Under the pieces are notes generated by a model. It was not told the origin of the DNA, did not search any database, and saw only the letters and a list, made by a program, of their open reading frames with translations. DNA of 45,859 nucleotides, taken from contig JAFGQY010000010.1 of the NCBI GenBank assembly GCA_016935395.1, positions 1 to 45,859 on the forward strand, read 5' to 3'. Positions 34,166 through 43,588 of the stretch are shown here, in pieces (the stretch's first letter is position 1; every line of letters starts with the position of its first letter). The DNA is from Parachlamydiales bacterium. Lineage in GTDB: Bacteria; Chlamydiota; Chlamydiia; Chlamydiales; SM23-39. A program made the position numbers and the translations under genes.

Positions 34166-35242
34166 ATGAAAATATTTCAAAGTATTATAATAGTTTGTTT
34201 ACTGTGCTTCAACGTTTTTGCACAGTCAAAGAAGACAGAAAATGGTTGCTTAAATGTTTTAGTTTTAGGCGGAACTTCTTTTTTAGGACCTCAGATTACA
34301 AATGAACTGTTAAAACATGGTCATAAAGTAACTCATTTTAATAGGGGAAATGAAAATAATTTTTCTTTCCCTGGAGTAGAAAAGCTCAAAGGGGATCGAG
34401 ATGGTAATCTAAAAGCTTTAGAAGGACGAAAGTGGGATGCTGTTATCGATACTTCCGGTTATATTCCAAGAATCGTTGAAGCTTCTTCGAAAATTTTGGC
34501 GAAAGCTACAAATCATTATACATATATTTCCACAATTAGTGTTTATGAGAATTATAATCAAACTAATATCAGTGAAAATTACCCTTTGGCAAAATTAGAT
34601 AACAGCAATGATGAGAATATAACAGATAAAACCTATGGACCATTGAAAACGGGATGTGAAAGAGTGATAAAAACTTACTTTTCTGATAACTCATTAATTA
34701 TCAGACCTGGGTTGATTGTGGGGCCCTATGATCCAACTGACAGATTTACTTACTGGGTAAGACGTCTTGCAGAGGGAGGTAAGATATTAGTGCCGAATAA
34801 TCCAGCACAAAAGCTGCAATTTATCGATGTGCGAGATCTTGCAAAATGGATTGTTAAAATGGTGGAAGAACAGGCTGTTGGTGTGTATAATGCTACAGGT
34901 CCCGAAGGGGAGCTTGATTTTGAAAAGTTTATTCATGAATGCAGTAAATTTGCTAAAAAGAAAGTGGATATTATCTGGGTAGATGAAAATTTTATAATTG
35001 ATCACCATCTTGATAATTGGAATAAATTTCCTTTGTGGCTTTATAGTAAAGGAAACATGGCTGGTTTATTTACCATTAATAGTCATAAAGCTCAAGATAA
35101 GGGACTTTGCTACCGTCCTCTTTTGGAAACCATTTCAGATACTTTGAGATGGGATGAAAAAAGAGTAAATAGAAAGATGAGAGTTGGACTAAGCAGTGAA
35201 GAAGAAACAGATCTTTTAAACCAATTGAATAATGAGAACTAA
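34166..35242 (+). CDS. NAD(P)-dependent epimerase/dehydratase-family (extended SDR) protein with an N-terminal signal/anchor sequence
   Basis: 358 aa. The hydrophobic leader MKIFQSIIIVCLLCFNVFAQS is followed by the Rossmann motif VLVLGGTSFLGPQI, then YGPLK (YxxxK). Confidence 0.7.
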   Translation: MKIFQSIIIVCLLCFNVFAQSKKTENGCLNVLVLGGTSFLGPQITNELLKHGHKVTHFNRGNENNFSFPGVEKLKGDRDGNLKALEGRKWDAVIDTSGYIPRIVEASSKILAKATNHYTYISTISVYENYNQTNISENYPLAKLDNSNDENITDKTYGPLKTGCERVIKTYFSDNSLIIRPGLIVGPYDPTDRFTYWVRRLAEGGKILVPNNPAQKLQFIDVRDLAKWIVKMVEEQAVGVYNATGPEGELDFEKFIHECSKFAKKKVDIIWVDENFIIDHHLDNWNKFPLWLYSKGNMAGLFTINSHKAQDKGLCYRPLLETISDTLRWDEKRVNRKMRVGLSSEEETDLLNQLNNEN

Positions 35243-35244
35243 AT

Positions 35245-35848
35245 ATGTTTTTTTTAATAAAAGGTATAGTGCTTGGTTTTTCTATTGCAGCTCCAGTAGG
35301 ACCAATTGGAATTCTATGTATAAGAAAAACTGTGCAGTTTGGAAGATTGTCAGGCAGGACTTGGAGCTGCATTGGCTGATATGATATATGGAAGCATAGC
35401 GGCTTTTGGGCTGACAATAATTTCAAATGCGCTTCTTGCTTCTCAATTTTGGATAAGATTAATCGGAGGTATTTTTCTTGTTTATTTAGGTATTAAAACA
35501 TGCTTTTCAAAAGCTATAAAGCAAGGTGATAAAAAATTAATGCATCAAACTCTTTTAAAAGATTTTATTACAACTTTTTTTCTAACTCTCACAAATCCTA
35601 TGACTATCGTAGCTTTTTTAGGTATATTTGCCGCTCTTGGCCTATCTAATACCGATGGTAATTTATTTCAAGGTGCTTTTCTTGTAATGGGAGTGTTTTT
35701 TGGTTCTTCTCTTTGGTGGTTTTTATTATCTGAATTTGTAGCACTTTTTAGAAAGAAAATAGAAGAAAAAATGATGAGATGGATCAATAGAATTGCTGGT
35801 CTTATTATTTTGGGATTTGGGATATTTGCTATGATTTCAGGATTATAG
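35245..35848 (+). pseudogene. LysE/RhtB-family amino-acid exporter, interrupted by a frameshift near 35347-35353
   Basis: Frame 1 (ATG at 35245) gives MFFLIKGIVLGFSIAAPVGPIGILCIRKTVQFGRL and stops at 35379. The family consensus continues in another frame as AGLGAALADMIYGSIAAFG..., which is the ORF 35339-35848. Confidence 0.7.
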
Positions 35849-35922
35849 TGAAGAAATTATCACGGCAGGACTTAGAGCTAAAGAAAAAATAAAACAGCAA
35901 TTATTTTCAAAGGAGCTTTTGA

Positions 35923-36384
35923 GTGAAAAATTTTGTTATTAGAGAGCCAACTGTAGCCGATAGTAATGTATTAGCGTCTTTATCTGAACAGTTGGGATAT
36001 CCTGTTGAGTCAAAAGATATTGAAAAAAATATCTTATTATATTCTTCTATTCCTTTTCATAAAGCTTGGATTTTTGAAATAGAAGATACTGTTATTGGAT
36101 ATGTAGCTGTAGCTATTACACATTATTTTCATCGTCAAGGTTCATTTTTGCGAATTATTGCATTAGTAGTCGATCAACATTATCGAAAATTGGGTGTAGG
36201 TAAAAAGTTATTGAAAGTGGTCGAAGATTATGCCAGACAAAAAAACTGTTCTCATGTTGAACTTTCCAGTGGTATGCATAGAGCTAAATTAGGTTCTCAT
36301 GATTTTTATAGATCTTTAGGCTATTTTGAATTGAATGATATTAAAAAATACTTTGGGAAAAAATTAAACAGTGAAAAAATGTAA
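35923..36384 (+). CDS. GNAT-family N-acetyltransferase
   Basis: 153 aa with a GTG start 7 nt after AGGAG. The acetyl-CoA motif is VVDQHYRKLGVGKKLL. Confidence 0.8.
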   Translation: MKNFVIREPTVADSNVLASLSEQLGYPVESKDIEKNILLYSSIPFHKAWIFEIEDTVIGYVAVAITHYFHRQGSFLRIIALVVDQHYRKLGVGKKLLKVVEDYARQKNCSHVELSSGMHRAKLGSHDFYRSLGYFELNDIKKYFGKKLNSEKM

Positions 36385-36410
36385 ATTATAACAAAAAGGG
36401 TGGTTATAAT

Positions 36411-36854
36411 ATGAAAAAGGGAATTGATTTTATTGGAGTTGGAGCTGGCTCAATAATTTTTAATAATGAAGGAAAAGTTTTCATTGCCCAAAGAGGACCG
36501 AAGGCAAGGAATGAAAAAGGAAAGTGGGATTTCCCCGGAGGATCTGTTAAATTCGGAGAAACATGTCAAAATGCTGTAATAAGAGAGATAAAAGAAGAGT
36601 TTGACATGGAAATTGAAGTGATTGAACTTTTAGAAGTTAATAATCATATTCTTTTAGAAGAAAAACAGCATTGGGTTTCTCCATCTTTTATTTCAAAGCA
36701 TGTTAAGGGTTCTGCCAAAATTGTCGAGCCAGAAAAATGCTTAGGTTTTAAATGGGTAAAACTATCAGAAATCAATCAGGGTGATTTAACTTCTGTTAGC
36801 AGATCAAATTATAAAAAATTTATCGAAAAATATGATATAGATAAAGTGTTTTAG
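36411..36854 (+). CDS. NUDIX hydrolase
   Basis: 147 aa. The Nudix box is GGSVKFGETCQNAVIREIKEEFDME. Confidence 0.85.
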   Translation: MKKGIDFIGVGAGSIIFNNEGKVFIAQRGPKARNEKGKWDFPGGSVKFGETCQNAVIREIKEEFDMEIEVIELLEVNNHILLEEKQHWVSPSFISKHVKGSAKIVEPEKCLGFKWVKLSEINQGDLTSVSRSNYKKFIEKYDIDKVF

Positions 36855-37151
36855 TTGCCTTTAATATTATTAAAAAAAGCCAGTTTAAAATACATTTGAA
36901 AAATCAGCTCATTTTTTGAAATTTGTGGCAATTTACTTCTGCTTTCAAAGTCTTTTGGTAAAAATTAAAAATTTGATTTTCTAAAATATTTATTTATAAA
37001 CAACAGTATCTTATCAGGCTTGTTATAAATAACTTACATATAGCTGCGTTAAGCTTAAAAGAGTTAAGTCTTAAATAATATTAAGATTTTTAACGATTAT
37101 CAAGTCAAAAACATTAAAAACCTATAAATATTTTATTATTTAATGGTTTTG

Positions 37152-37180
37152 TTGACAAAATCGTTAATATGAGTAATAAT
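37152..37180 (+). promoter_or_regulatory. Putative sigma-70-type promoter upstream of the Fic gene
   Basis: TTGACA (37152-37157), a 17-nt spacer, then AATAAT (37175-37180), about 30 nt upstream of the ORF start. Confidence 0.3.
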
Positions 37181-37210
37181 TAAGATTATCTATAAGACAG
37201 GGGAGAGTTT

Positions 37211-38107
37211 ATGGTTAAGGTTATGAGTATATATAAAAAAATTGATAGCCTTCGTTCTAGATATTATAAGGCTTCCATTGGTAAAGAGAACCTTTTAAAA
37301 ATTATTTCCGAATCAGAAGTTACAGAACATGTGTATAATTCCAATGCGATCGAAAATAGTACATTAAGTTTAGAAGAAACCGATAAAATTTTAAATCAAA
37401 TTGATTGCGACAGGTTCATTTCAGTAAGAGAAATATTTGAAGCAAAAAATCTTGCAAGAGTTGTTTTATATATTGATAAAAAAGCAAAAGAGCAGGAATT
37501 GAATCTGGATTTAATGCTTTTTTTACATAAAATTCTTCTTTCTAATATTAATGATAATGTGGCTGGAAGATTTAGAAAAGATAATGAATTTGTGCGTGTT
37601 GGAAGTCATATAGCCCCTAATCCTAAAGAAGTGATTGGCCGTCTGGAAGAAATGCTGGTTGAATATAATTCAACAGTTTTTGAAAACATTATTAAGCGAA
37701 TAGCCAAATTACATCTTACTTTTGAATACACACATCCTTTTTGTGATGGTAATGGTCGTATTGGACGAGTTATGAATAATTATTTACTTATAAGAGAGGG
37801 GTATGTACCGATTAATATTAAATTTATTGATAGGAAATATTATTACGAAGCTTTTAAAGAATTTGATTGGAGTAATAAAACTACTATCATGGAAGAAATT
37901 GTCGGCAAGGCTCTTACCAATAGTTATTATAAAAGATTAGCATACCTGGAAGGTGGAGAAATTATTTCTCTTATAGAATATGCCAAAAGAAAAAATCTTT
38001 CCTATCCCAATTTGATTAATAAAGCTAAAAGGCAAACAATTGAGGCTTTTTTGGAAAAAGGGAAGTGGAAAATTGCTTTTTTTAAGAAAAAAAATTCTAA
38101 TTCGTAG
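37211..38107 (+). CDS. Fic-domain protein (class II, with an N-terminal inhibitory motif)
   Basis: 298 aa. The Fic motif is HPFCDGNGRIGR. The N-terminal SNAIEN fits the (S/T)xxxE(G/N) auto-inhibition motif. Confidence 0.85.
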   Translation: MVKVMSIYKKIDSLRSRYYKASIGKENLLKIISESEVTEHVYNSNAIENSTLSLEETDKILNQIDCDRFISVREIFEAKNLARVVLYIDKKAKEQELNLDLMLFLHKILLSNINDNVAGRFRKDNEFVRVGSHIAPNPKEVIGRLEEMLVEYNSTVFENIIKRIAKLHLTFEYTHPFCDGNGRIGRVMNNYLLIREGYVPINIKFIDRKYYYEAFKEFDWSNKTTIMEEIVGKALTNSYYKRLAYLEGGEIISLIEYAKRKNLSYPNLINKAKRQTIEAFLEKGKWKIAFFKKKNSNS

Positions 38108-38242
38108 TTATTTATCTTAAATCGACAATTATAACATGTTCATAGAATGATGTTAATTGCATCTATGTAAGAAGAGTTTTTTCTATTTATTAAATTTTAT
38201 TTCGTTTATAAAAAGATTAGATCTAAGTAATAATTTTGATAT

Positions 38243-39451
38243 ATGAAAAATAGAATATTATTTGTTGTTCTCTTACTTACTGTTATTACACAATTTAATA
38301 CTTCTCTTTATCTTCCATCCTTCCCTTCAATGACGCTTTTTTTTCATGTTACTCCTGGAGCTATTCAATTTTCAATGATCCTAGGATTAATTTTCTTTTG
38401 TTTTTCTGTATTTGTTTATGGACCATTTTCTGATCATTATGGGAGAAAAAAGATTCTTAGTTTTGGTCTAGTTATTTTCTTAATTGGGTTGTTAACAGCT
38501 ATTTTCTCAACAAAAATAGTATTTCTTTATATTGGTTTTATCTTTCAAGGAATGGGGCTTGGCAGTGTTGGAAGTATTTGTCCAGCTATGATTCGTGACA
38601 CTTTTTCAGGGAAGGAATTAATAAAAACAATCTCCGACTTCTTTATGATTATTGCTATTATTCCCTTAATTGCTCCTGTATTAGGAGGGTATTTAAGTGT
38701 TTTTTTTAATTGGCAAGCAAATTTTATTTTTATGTTTTTGTTTACTCTTTTTAGTTTAATTCTGATGATTTCTGTTATTCCTGAAACAAATGTATATACA
38801 CAAAAAAAACATTTAACATTTAAAAAAATTATGAGCAATTATACATATGTTCTCTCAAGTAAAAAATTTATTGGAGCTATCCTTTTATTAACAATTACGA
38901 ATGCTTCAGTGATTGTTTTTCTCCTCATTGTTCCTTTTTTAATTCAAAAAGAGTTAGGCTATTCACCTATTGCATGTGGGTGGATTCTTTTTATTCTATC
39001 TATTGGCACCTTGATAGGAAATATAGCCTCTCGTGTGATTTCAAATATAATTTCTATGAAAACAAAAATATTTTTTAGTATAGTCTTGATGCAGATCTGT
39101 GCTATAGCTTTGTTTTGTTTTTCTATCTTTTTCTTAGATATTTATAGTTTGACTATTCCCATTTTTTTCTTCGTTATAGGATTTGGATTTCTATCACCAA
39201 ATTGTGCTACATTGGGTATTGAAAGCTTTCCTGAAAATTCAGGGGTTGCAGGTGGTATGATAGTGGGAATTCCTCAAGGTGGAGCGGGATTATTAGCTGT
39301 CATTATCACCTATTTTCATGTTCATAATCAAATTCCACTTGCTTCCTTTGTCCTGTTTGCAACCATTTTACTTCTTTTGATCTATTTTTTATTTCATCAT
39401 CATTTTCAGACATGCATTGTTAATAAAAAGAATGAAATAAGAAAACATTAA
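38243..39451 (+). CDS. MFS transporter (Bcr/CflA-like drug-resistance subfamily)
   Basis: 402 aa with about 12 hydrophobic segments. The loop 2-3 motif is GPFSDHYGRKKIL. Confidence 0.75.
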   Translation: MKNRILFVVLLLTVITQFNTSLYLPSFPSMTLFFHVTPGAIQFSMILGLIFFCFSVFVYGPFSDHYGRKKILSFGLVIFLIGLLTAIFSTKIVFLYIGFIFQGMGLGSVGSICPAMIRDTFSGKELIKTISDFFMIIAIIPLIAPVLGGYLSVFFNWQANFIFMFLFTLFSLILMISVIPETNVYTQKKHLTFKKIMSNYTYVLSSKKFIGAILLLTITNASVIVFLLIVPFLIQKELGYSPIACGWILFILSIGTLIGNIASRVISNIISMKTKIFFSIVLMQICAIALFCFSIFFLDIYSLTIPIFFFVIGFGFLSPNCATLGIESFPENSGVAGGMIVGIPQGGAGLLAVIITYFHVHNQIPLASFVLFATILLLLIYFLFHHHFQTCIVNKKNEIRKH

Positions 39452-39462
39452 ATAAGTTATAG

Positions 39463-40533
39463 GTGGTTATGAGAAATTTATTTGAAAATTCAAAAATAAA
39501 TAGTCTTTTGTTAAAAAATCGTTTTATCATGGCAGCTGCAAATGATAACTGCGATACAAAAACTAGGATTGAAAGATTCTCTAAAGTAGCTGAAGGAGAA
39601 GTTGGTTTAATTATTTCAGGAGGACAAACTTTTGATGAAATTCTATCTTGGAAAGATGTAATTGAAGCAATTCATGATAAAGGTGGAAAAATTGCCTTGC
39701 AGATTGTAAATGATACTGGAGGAAGGTTTGGATATAAAGATCACGATGAAATTGCTGTTTCTTTACTAGATGAAGAGCATGTTTTTTTTCAAAATCCTTA
39801 CGTAAAATATTCTAAACATCATGAAGCTACCCAAGAAGAAATAGAACAAATCATAAGCTTTTATGCAAAAGCGGCTCATTTAGCAAAGTCGATAGGATCA
39901 GATGCAATAGAAATACATTCTGCTCATCAAAGCTTTTTATCTCATTTTTTATCTCCCTTAATGAATAAAAGAAAAGATAAATGGGGAGGCTCGATAGAAA
40001 ATCGCACAAGAGTCCATTTTGAAATTATCAAAGCAATTAGAGCAAAAGTAGGTAATGATTATCCTGTTTTAATAAAACTGGGGGTTCAAGATGCTTTTAC
40101 TGAAGGGTTAAAATTTGAAGAAGGCAAAAAGATTGCATTAAAAATTGCTGAGTTTGGATATGATGCACTAGAAATAAGTCAGGGCTTGCAGGATTTAAAT
40201 GGCTGGCAGGGGACTTGTATGCGAACTTTAATTAATTCAGAAAAAGATGAAGGATATTATAAAGATTGGTGCATCGAGATTAAAAAATTAGTTTCGATAC
40301 CTGTTGTGATAACCGGGGGATTAAGATCATTTGGATTTATCAAATCAATAATAGAAAACAATGAAGCCGATTTTATTGGGCTTTGTCGCCCTTTAATTAG
40401 AGAACCTTATTTAATAAAAAGGTGGAAAAATAATGATCTTAGAAAAGCTTTTTGCATATCTTGCAATAAATGTATCACAGAACTATTGATGAAAGGATTA
40501 CCTTTGGAATGTTATCTGGATAAAAAATTTTAA
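39463..40533 (+). CDS. NADH:flavin oxidoreductase, Old Yellow Enzyme family
   Basis: 356 aa. Motifs: IEIHSAHQSFLSHFLSPLMNKRKDKWGGSIENRTR and GGL...ADFIGLCRPLIREP. The likely start is the ATG at 39469. Confidence 0.8.
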   Translation: MVMRNLFENSKINSLLLKNRFIMAAANDNCDTKTRIERFSKVAEGEVGLIISGGQTFDEILSWKDVIEAIHDKGGKIALQIVNDTGGRFGYKDHDEIAVSLLDEEHVFFQNPYVKYSKHHEATQEEIEQIISFYAKAAHLAKSIGSDAIEIHSAHQSFLSHFLSPLMNKRKDKWGGSIENRTRVHFEIIKAIRAKVGNDYPVLIKLGVQDAFTEGLKFEEGKKIALKIAEFGYDALEISQGLQDLNGWQGTCMRTLINSEKDEGYYKDWCIEIKKLVSIPVVITGGLRSFGFIKSIIENNEADFIGLCRPLIREPYLIKRWKNNDLRKAFCISCNKCITELLMKGLPLECYLDKKF

Positions 40534-40699
40534 TTTTTTTTTTAACAATTTTATCAATAAAAAGTTAAAGAAAAAAGAGATATTAGGAAATATGTGATAC
40601 GTTAGATAGCCTGGATTGTAGAAAAACAAAAAGATCTTTAAAACTATATATAAAACTCTAAAACAGGTTAAGGTTTTAGTAAAAAAACAAATTTAAATT

Positions 40700-42226
40700 A
40701 TGAAAGTTCAGTTTGATCCAACCTTTAAAAAAGCTTTAGATATTCTAGAAGAATCTAATAATAATATCTTTATAACCGGCAAAGCCGGCACAGGTAAGTC
40801 TACACTTTTGTCTTTCTTTGTGGATAACACTAAAAAAAGTGTAGCTGTTATAGCTCCTACCGGAGTTGCAGCTTTAAATATCAAAGGTGAAACCATTCAC
40901 TCCTTTTGTAAATTTAAAACGAATGTGACAATAGACTCTGCCAGAAGACTTGGAAGAAAAATAAAAAAAGACTCAATTTATTCAAAGCTGGATTCGATCA
41001 TAATAGATGAAATTTCAATGGTAAGAGCGGATCTTTTGGACTGTATGGATCAGTTTTTGCAAATGGCTTTAAAATCAAAAAAAAGCTTTGGTGGCATTAG
41101 AATGATCTTTATCGGAGATCTTTATCAACTCCCGCCTGTAGTTACAAAAGATGAAAAAAAACATTTTGATACCTTTTATGAAACACCATTTTTTTTCTCA
41201 TCAAAAGTTATGAAAAATGCTTTAAATGAGTTTGATTTTATTGAACTTGATAAAATATATCGCCAAAGCGATAAGACCTTTATTGACATCTTAAACGGCA
41301 TTAGGAACAACTCTGTTAGCGATAAACAGATATTTGATCTAAATCAAAAAGTAGATGAATCAGATACACTTCATACAGGTTATATCTATTTAACTTCTAC
41401 AAATGCTTTGGCAGAACAAATCAATCTTCAAAAACTCAGTCAATTGGAAGGAGAGACATATTTTTTTGAAGCTGACATATCTGATGATTTTGAAATGAAA
41501 TATGCACCGACAGATCGTATCTTGAAATTAAAAAAAGATGCTCAGGTTATGTTTTTAAATAACAACTCTGATCATTGGGTAAACGGTACTATCGGTAAAA
41601 TAGTTAAAATATCTGAAGAAGAAATTATTATTGAGACTGAAGATAACAAAACAGTTGAACTAGGAAGACATAATTGGAATTTATATAACTACATTTTTGA
41701 TGAAAAATCTAAAAAATTAAAACATAATACCCTCGGGAGTTTTGAACAGTATCCAATTAAATTAGCTTGGGCTGTGACTATTCATAAAAGTCAGGGTTTG
41801 ACTTTTGATAAAGTCTTAGTTGACTTATCCAAAGGTGTATTTGCTCATGGTCAAACCTATGTAGCACTATCTAGATGTAAAAATTTTGATGGTTTGAAAT
41901 TAAAAAAACCTATCAAAAAAAGTAATATTATTATGGACTATAGAGTTATAAAATTTTTAACGGAATTTCAGTATCAATTATCTGATAAAGCCCTATCAAA
42001 AGAAGATAAAATCTCAATCATTCAAAAGGCTATTGATGATAAAAAACCAATTAGTATCACCTATTTAAAATCTAATGATGAAAAATCTAAAAGAACAATT
42101 ATCCCCGAGTTTGTAGGAAATCTTTCTTATAAAAATAAAACTTATTTGGGAATTAAGGCTTTTTGCACAACAAGAAAAGAAAATAGAATTTTTAGAGTAG
42201 ATAGGATTTTAGAGATATCAAAATAG
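40700..42226 (+). CDS. Pif1/RecD-like SF1 helicase with a C-terminal WYL-like domain
   Basis: 508 aa. Walker A is ITGKAGTGKST and Walker B is IIIDEISMV, plus GDLYQLPPV, TIHKSQGLTFD and YVALSRC. The tail ISITYLKSNDEKSKRTIIPE...YLGIKAFCTTRKENRIFRVDRILEI is WYL-like. Confidence 0.8.
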   Translation: MKVQFDPTFKKALDILEESNNNIFITGKAGTGKSTLLSFFVDNTKKSVAVIAPTGVAALNIKGETIHSFCKFKTNVTIDSARRLGRKIKKDSIYSKLDSIIIDEISMVRADLLDCMDQFLQMALKSKKSFGGIRMIFIGDLYQLPPVVTKDEKKHFDTFYETPFFFSSKVMKNALNEFDFIELDKIYRQSDKTFIDILNGIRNNSVSDKQIFDLNQKVDESDTLHTGYIYLTSTNALAEQINLQKLSQLEGETYFFEADISDDFEMKYAPTDRILKLKKDAQVMFLNNNSDHWVNGTIGKIVKISEEEIIIETEDNKTVELGRHNWNLYNYIFDEKSKKLKHNTLGSFEQYPIKLAWAVTIHKSQGLTFDKVLVDLSKGVFAHGQTYVALSRCKNFDGLKLKKPIKKSNIIMDYRVIKFLTEFQYQLSDKALSKEDKISIIQKAIDDKKPISITYLKSNDEKSKRTIIPEFVGNLSYKNKTYLGIKAFCTTRKENRIFRVDRILEISK

Positions 42227-42263
42227 AAATCTATAAACTTTTTTTTATTCAAATAAATTATTA

Positions 42264-43529
42264 ATGAAGATATTTATAAGTTTAATGCTTTTAAAAAGGG
42301 CTACATTTGTGTTTTCAGATAAAAAAAACAGAATATCATTATTTATATTAATATTAATAACTTTCATAGATTTTATGGGAATAGGATTGGTCTATCCCAT
42401 TTTTTCAAAAATATTATTTGATCCATCAATCCCTTTTTTTTCTAGTGGCACTACAAATGAAGTTAGAGGGATATTTCTTGGAATACTTTTTGGTTTAATG
42501 CCATTTGCTCAATTTTTCTCTCTTTCAATTTGGGGGACAGTTTCAGATAATAAAGGTAGGAAAAAACCGCTTTTACTAAGTCTTTCTTTCACTGTATTAG
42601 CTCATTTTATTTCCATTTTTGGGATTCTATTTTCCAGCATTTCAATATTAATTGTTTCAAGATTTATTCTTGGCATTGGAGCCGGAAATATCTCTATAGT
42701 TTTAGCTTCTATTGCTGACATCAGTTCTAAAGAGAAAAAAGCAAAGAATTTCGGGCTTTATTCCATGGCTATTGGAGCGGGATTTACCCTGGGACCTTTT
42801 ATTGGAGGCGCTTTATCTATTATTAGCTTTAGCTTTCCATTTGCTTTTTCATTTGTAGTTACATTATTAAACTTGATACTGGCGGTTGTTTTTTTCAAGG
42901 AAACTTTAGTTAAATTTTTTAATAAAACAGTAAGTTTTGTCTCAGGTCTAAAAAATCTTAAAAAGGCATTTACCATAAAAACAATTAGAATATTTTTCTT
43001 ATGCTCATTTTTCACCAATTTTGGTTGGACATATTTCATGGATTTTGCACCAGTATTTTTAATTAAAAAATTTATGTTTTCATCAGCGGATGTTGGAATT
43101 TTTTATGGATCAATGGGGGGATTATTTGCTTTAAGTTCAGGATTGTTAATACGTCCTTTTTTATCGAAATTCAAATATGAAACACTTTTTTGGATAAGTA
43201 GTTTGATAGCGGCATGCTCTATCTTGTCCATTCCTTTTTATCCTAATTTTTATTGGCTGATACTTTTTGTATTAATTTTTAGTTTTTTTGCAGCTTTTTT
43301 AGGGCCGACTATAACAACCATTATTTCAAATAATGTATCTGCAGACATTCAAGGTGAAACTCTAGGTTTATTCGGGTCAGTAAATACAGCTGCTTATTCT
43401 GTAAGCGCTTTAATAGCCGGTTTTTTTGTTGGAATAGCCCCTGAATCTTCTATGTATGTTGGAGGGGGAATATTATTAATTTCATCCTGCATTGTATTGG
43501 TGATTTTTAATAAAAAACTGTTTATTTAA
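42264..43529 (+). CDS. MFS transporter (TetA-like subfamily)
   Basis: 421 aa and multi-spanning. The motif is GTVSDNKGRKKPLL. Confidence 0.75.
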   Translation: MKIFISLMLLKRATFVFSDKKNRISLFILILITFIDFMGIGLVYPIFSKILFDPSIPFFSSGTTNEVRGIFLGILFGLMPFAQFFSLSIWGTVSDNKGRKKPLLLSLSFTVLAHFISIFGILFSSISILIVSRFILGIGAGNISIVLASIADISSKEKKAKNFGLYSMAIGAGFTLGPFIGGALSIISFSFPFAFSFVVTLLNLILAVVFFKETLVKFFNKTVSFVSGLKNLKKAFTIKTIRIFFLCSFFTNFGWTYFMDFAPVFLIKKFMFSSADVGIFYGSMGGLFALSSGLLIRPFLSKFKYETLFWISSLIAACSILSIPFYPNFYWLILFVLIFSFFAAFLGPTITTIISNNVSADIQGETLGLFGSVNTAAYSVSALIAGFFVGIAPESSMYVGGGILLISSCIVLVIFNKKLFI

Positions 43530-43588
43530 AAGATAAAGGTGTTAAACCCAATCTATTTTTAGATTAAAAATGATAAAGAAGAGAAATT

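Noticed and set aside
35076-35426. A 116-aa minus-strand ORF spanning the SDR 3' end and the LysE 5' end.
   Set aside because: It overlaps two better-supported plus-strand genes and has no motifs. It is likely spurious.
43530-43588. A hairpin aatcta-ttttt-agatt after the MFS gene, considered as a terminator.
   Set aside because: The stem is only 5-6 A/T-rich base pairs, with no convincing T-run. It cannot be distinguished from background in this AT-rich sequence.
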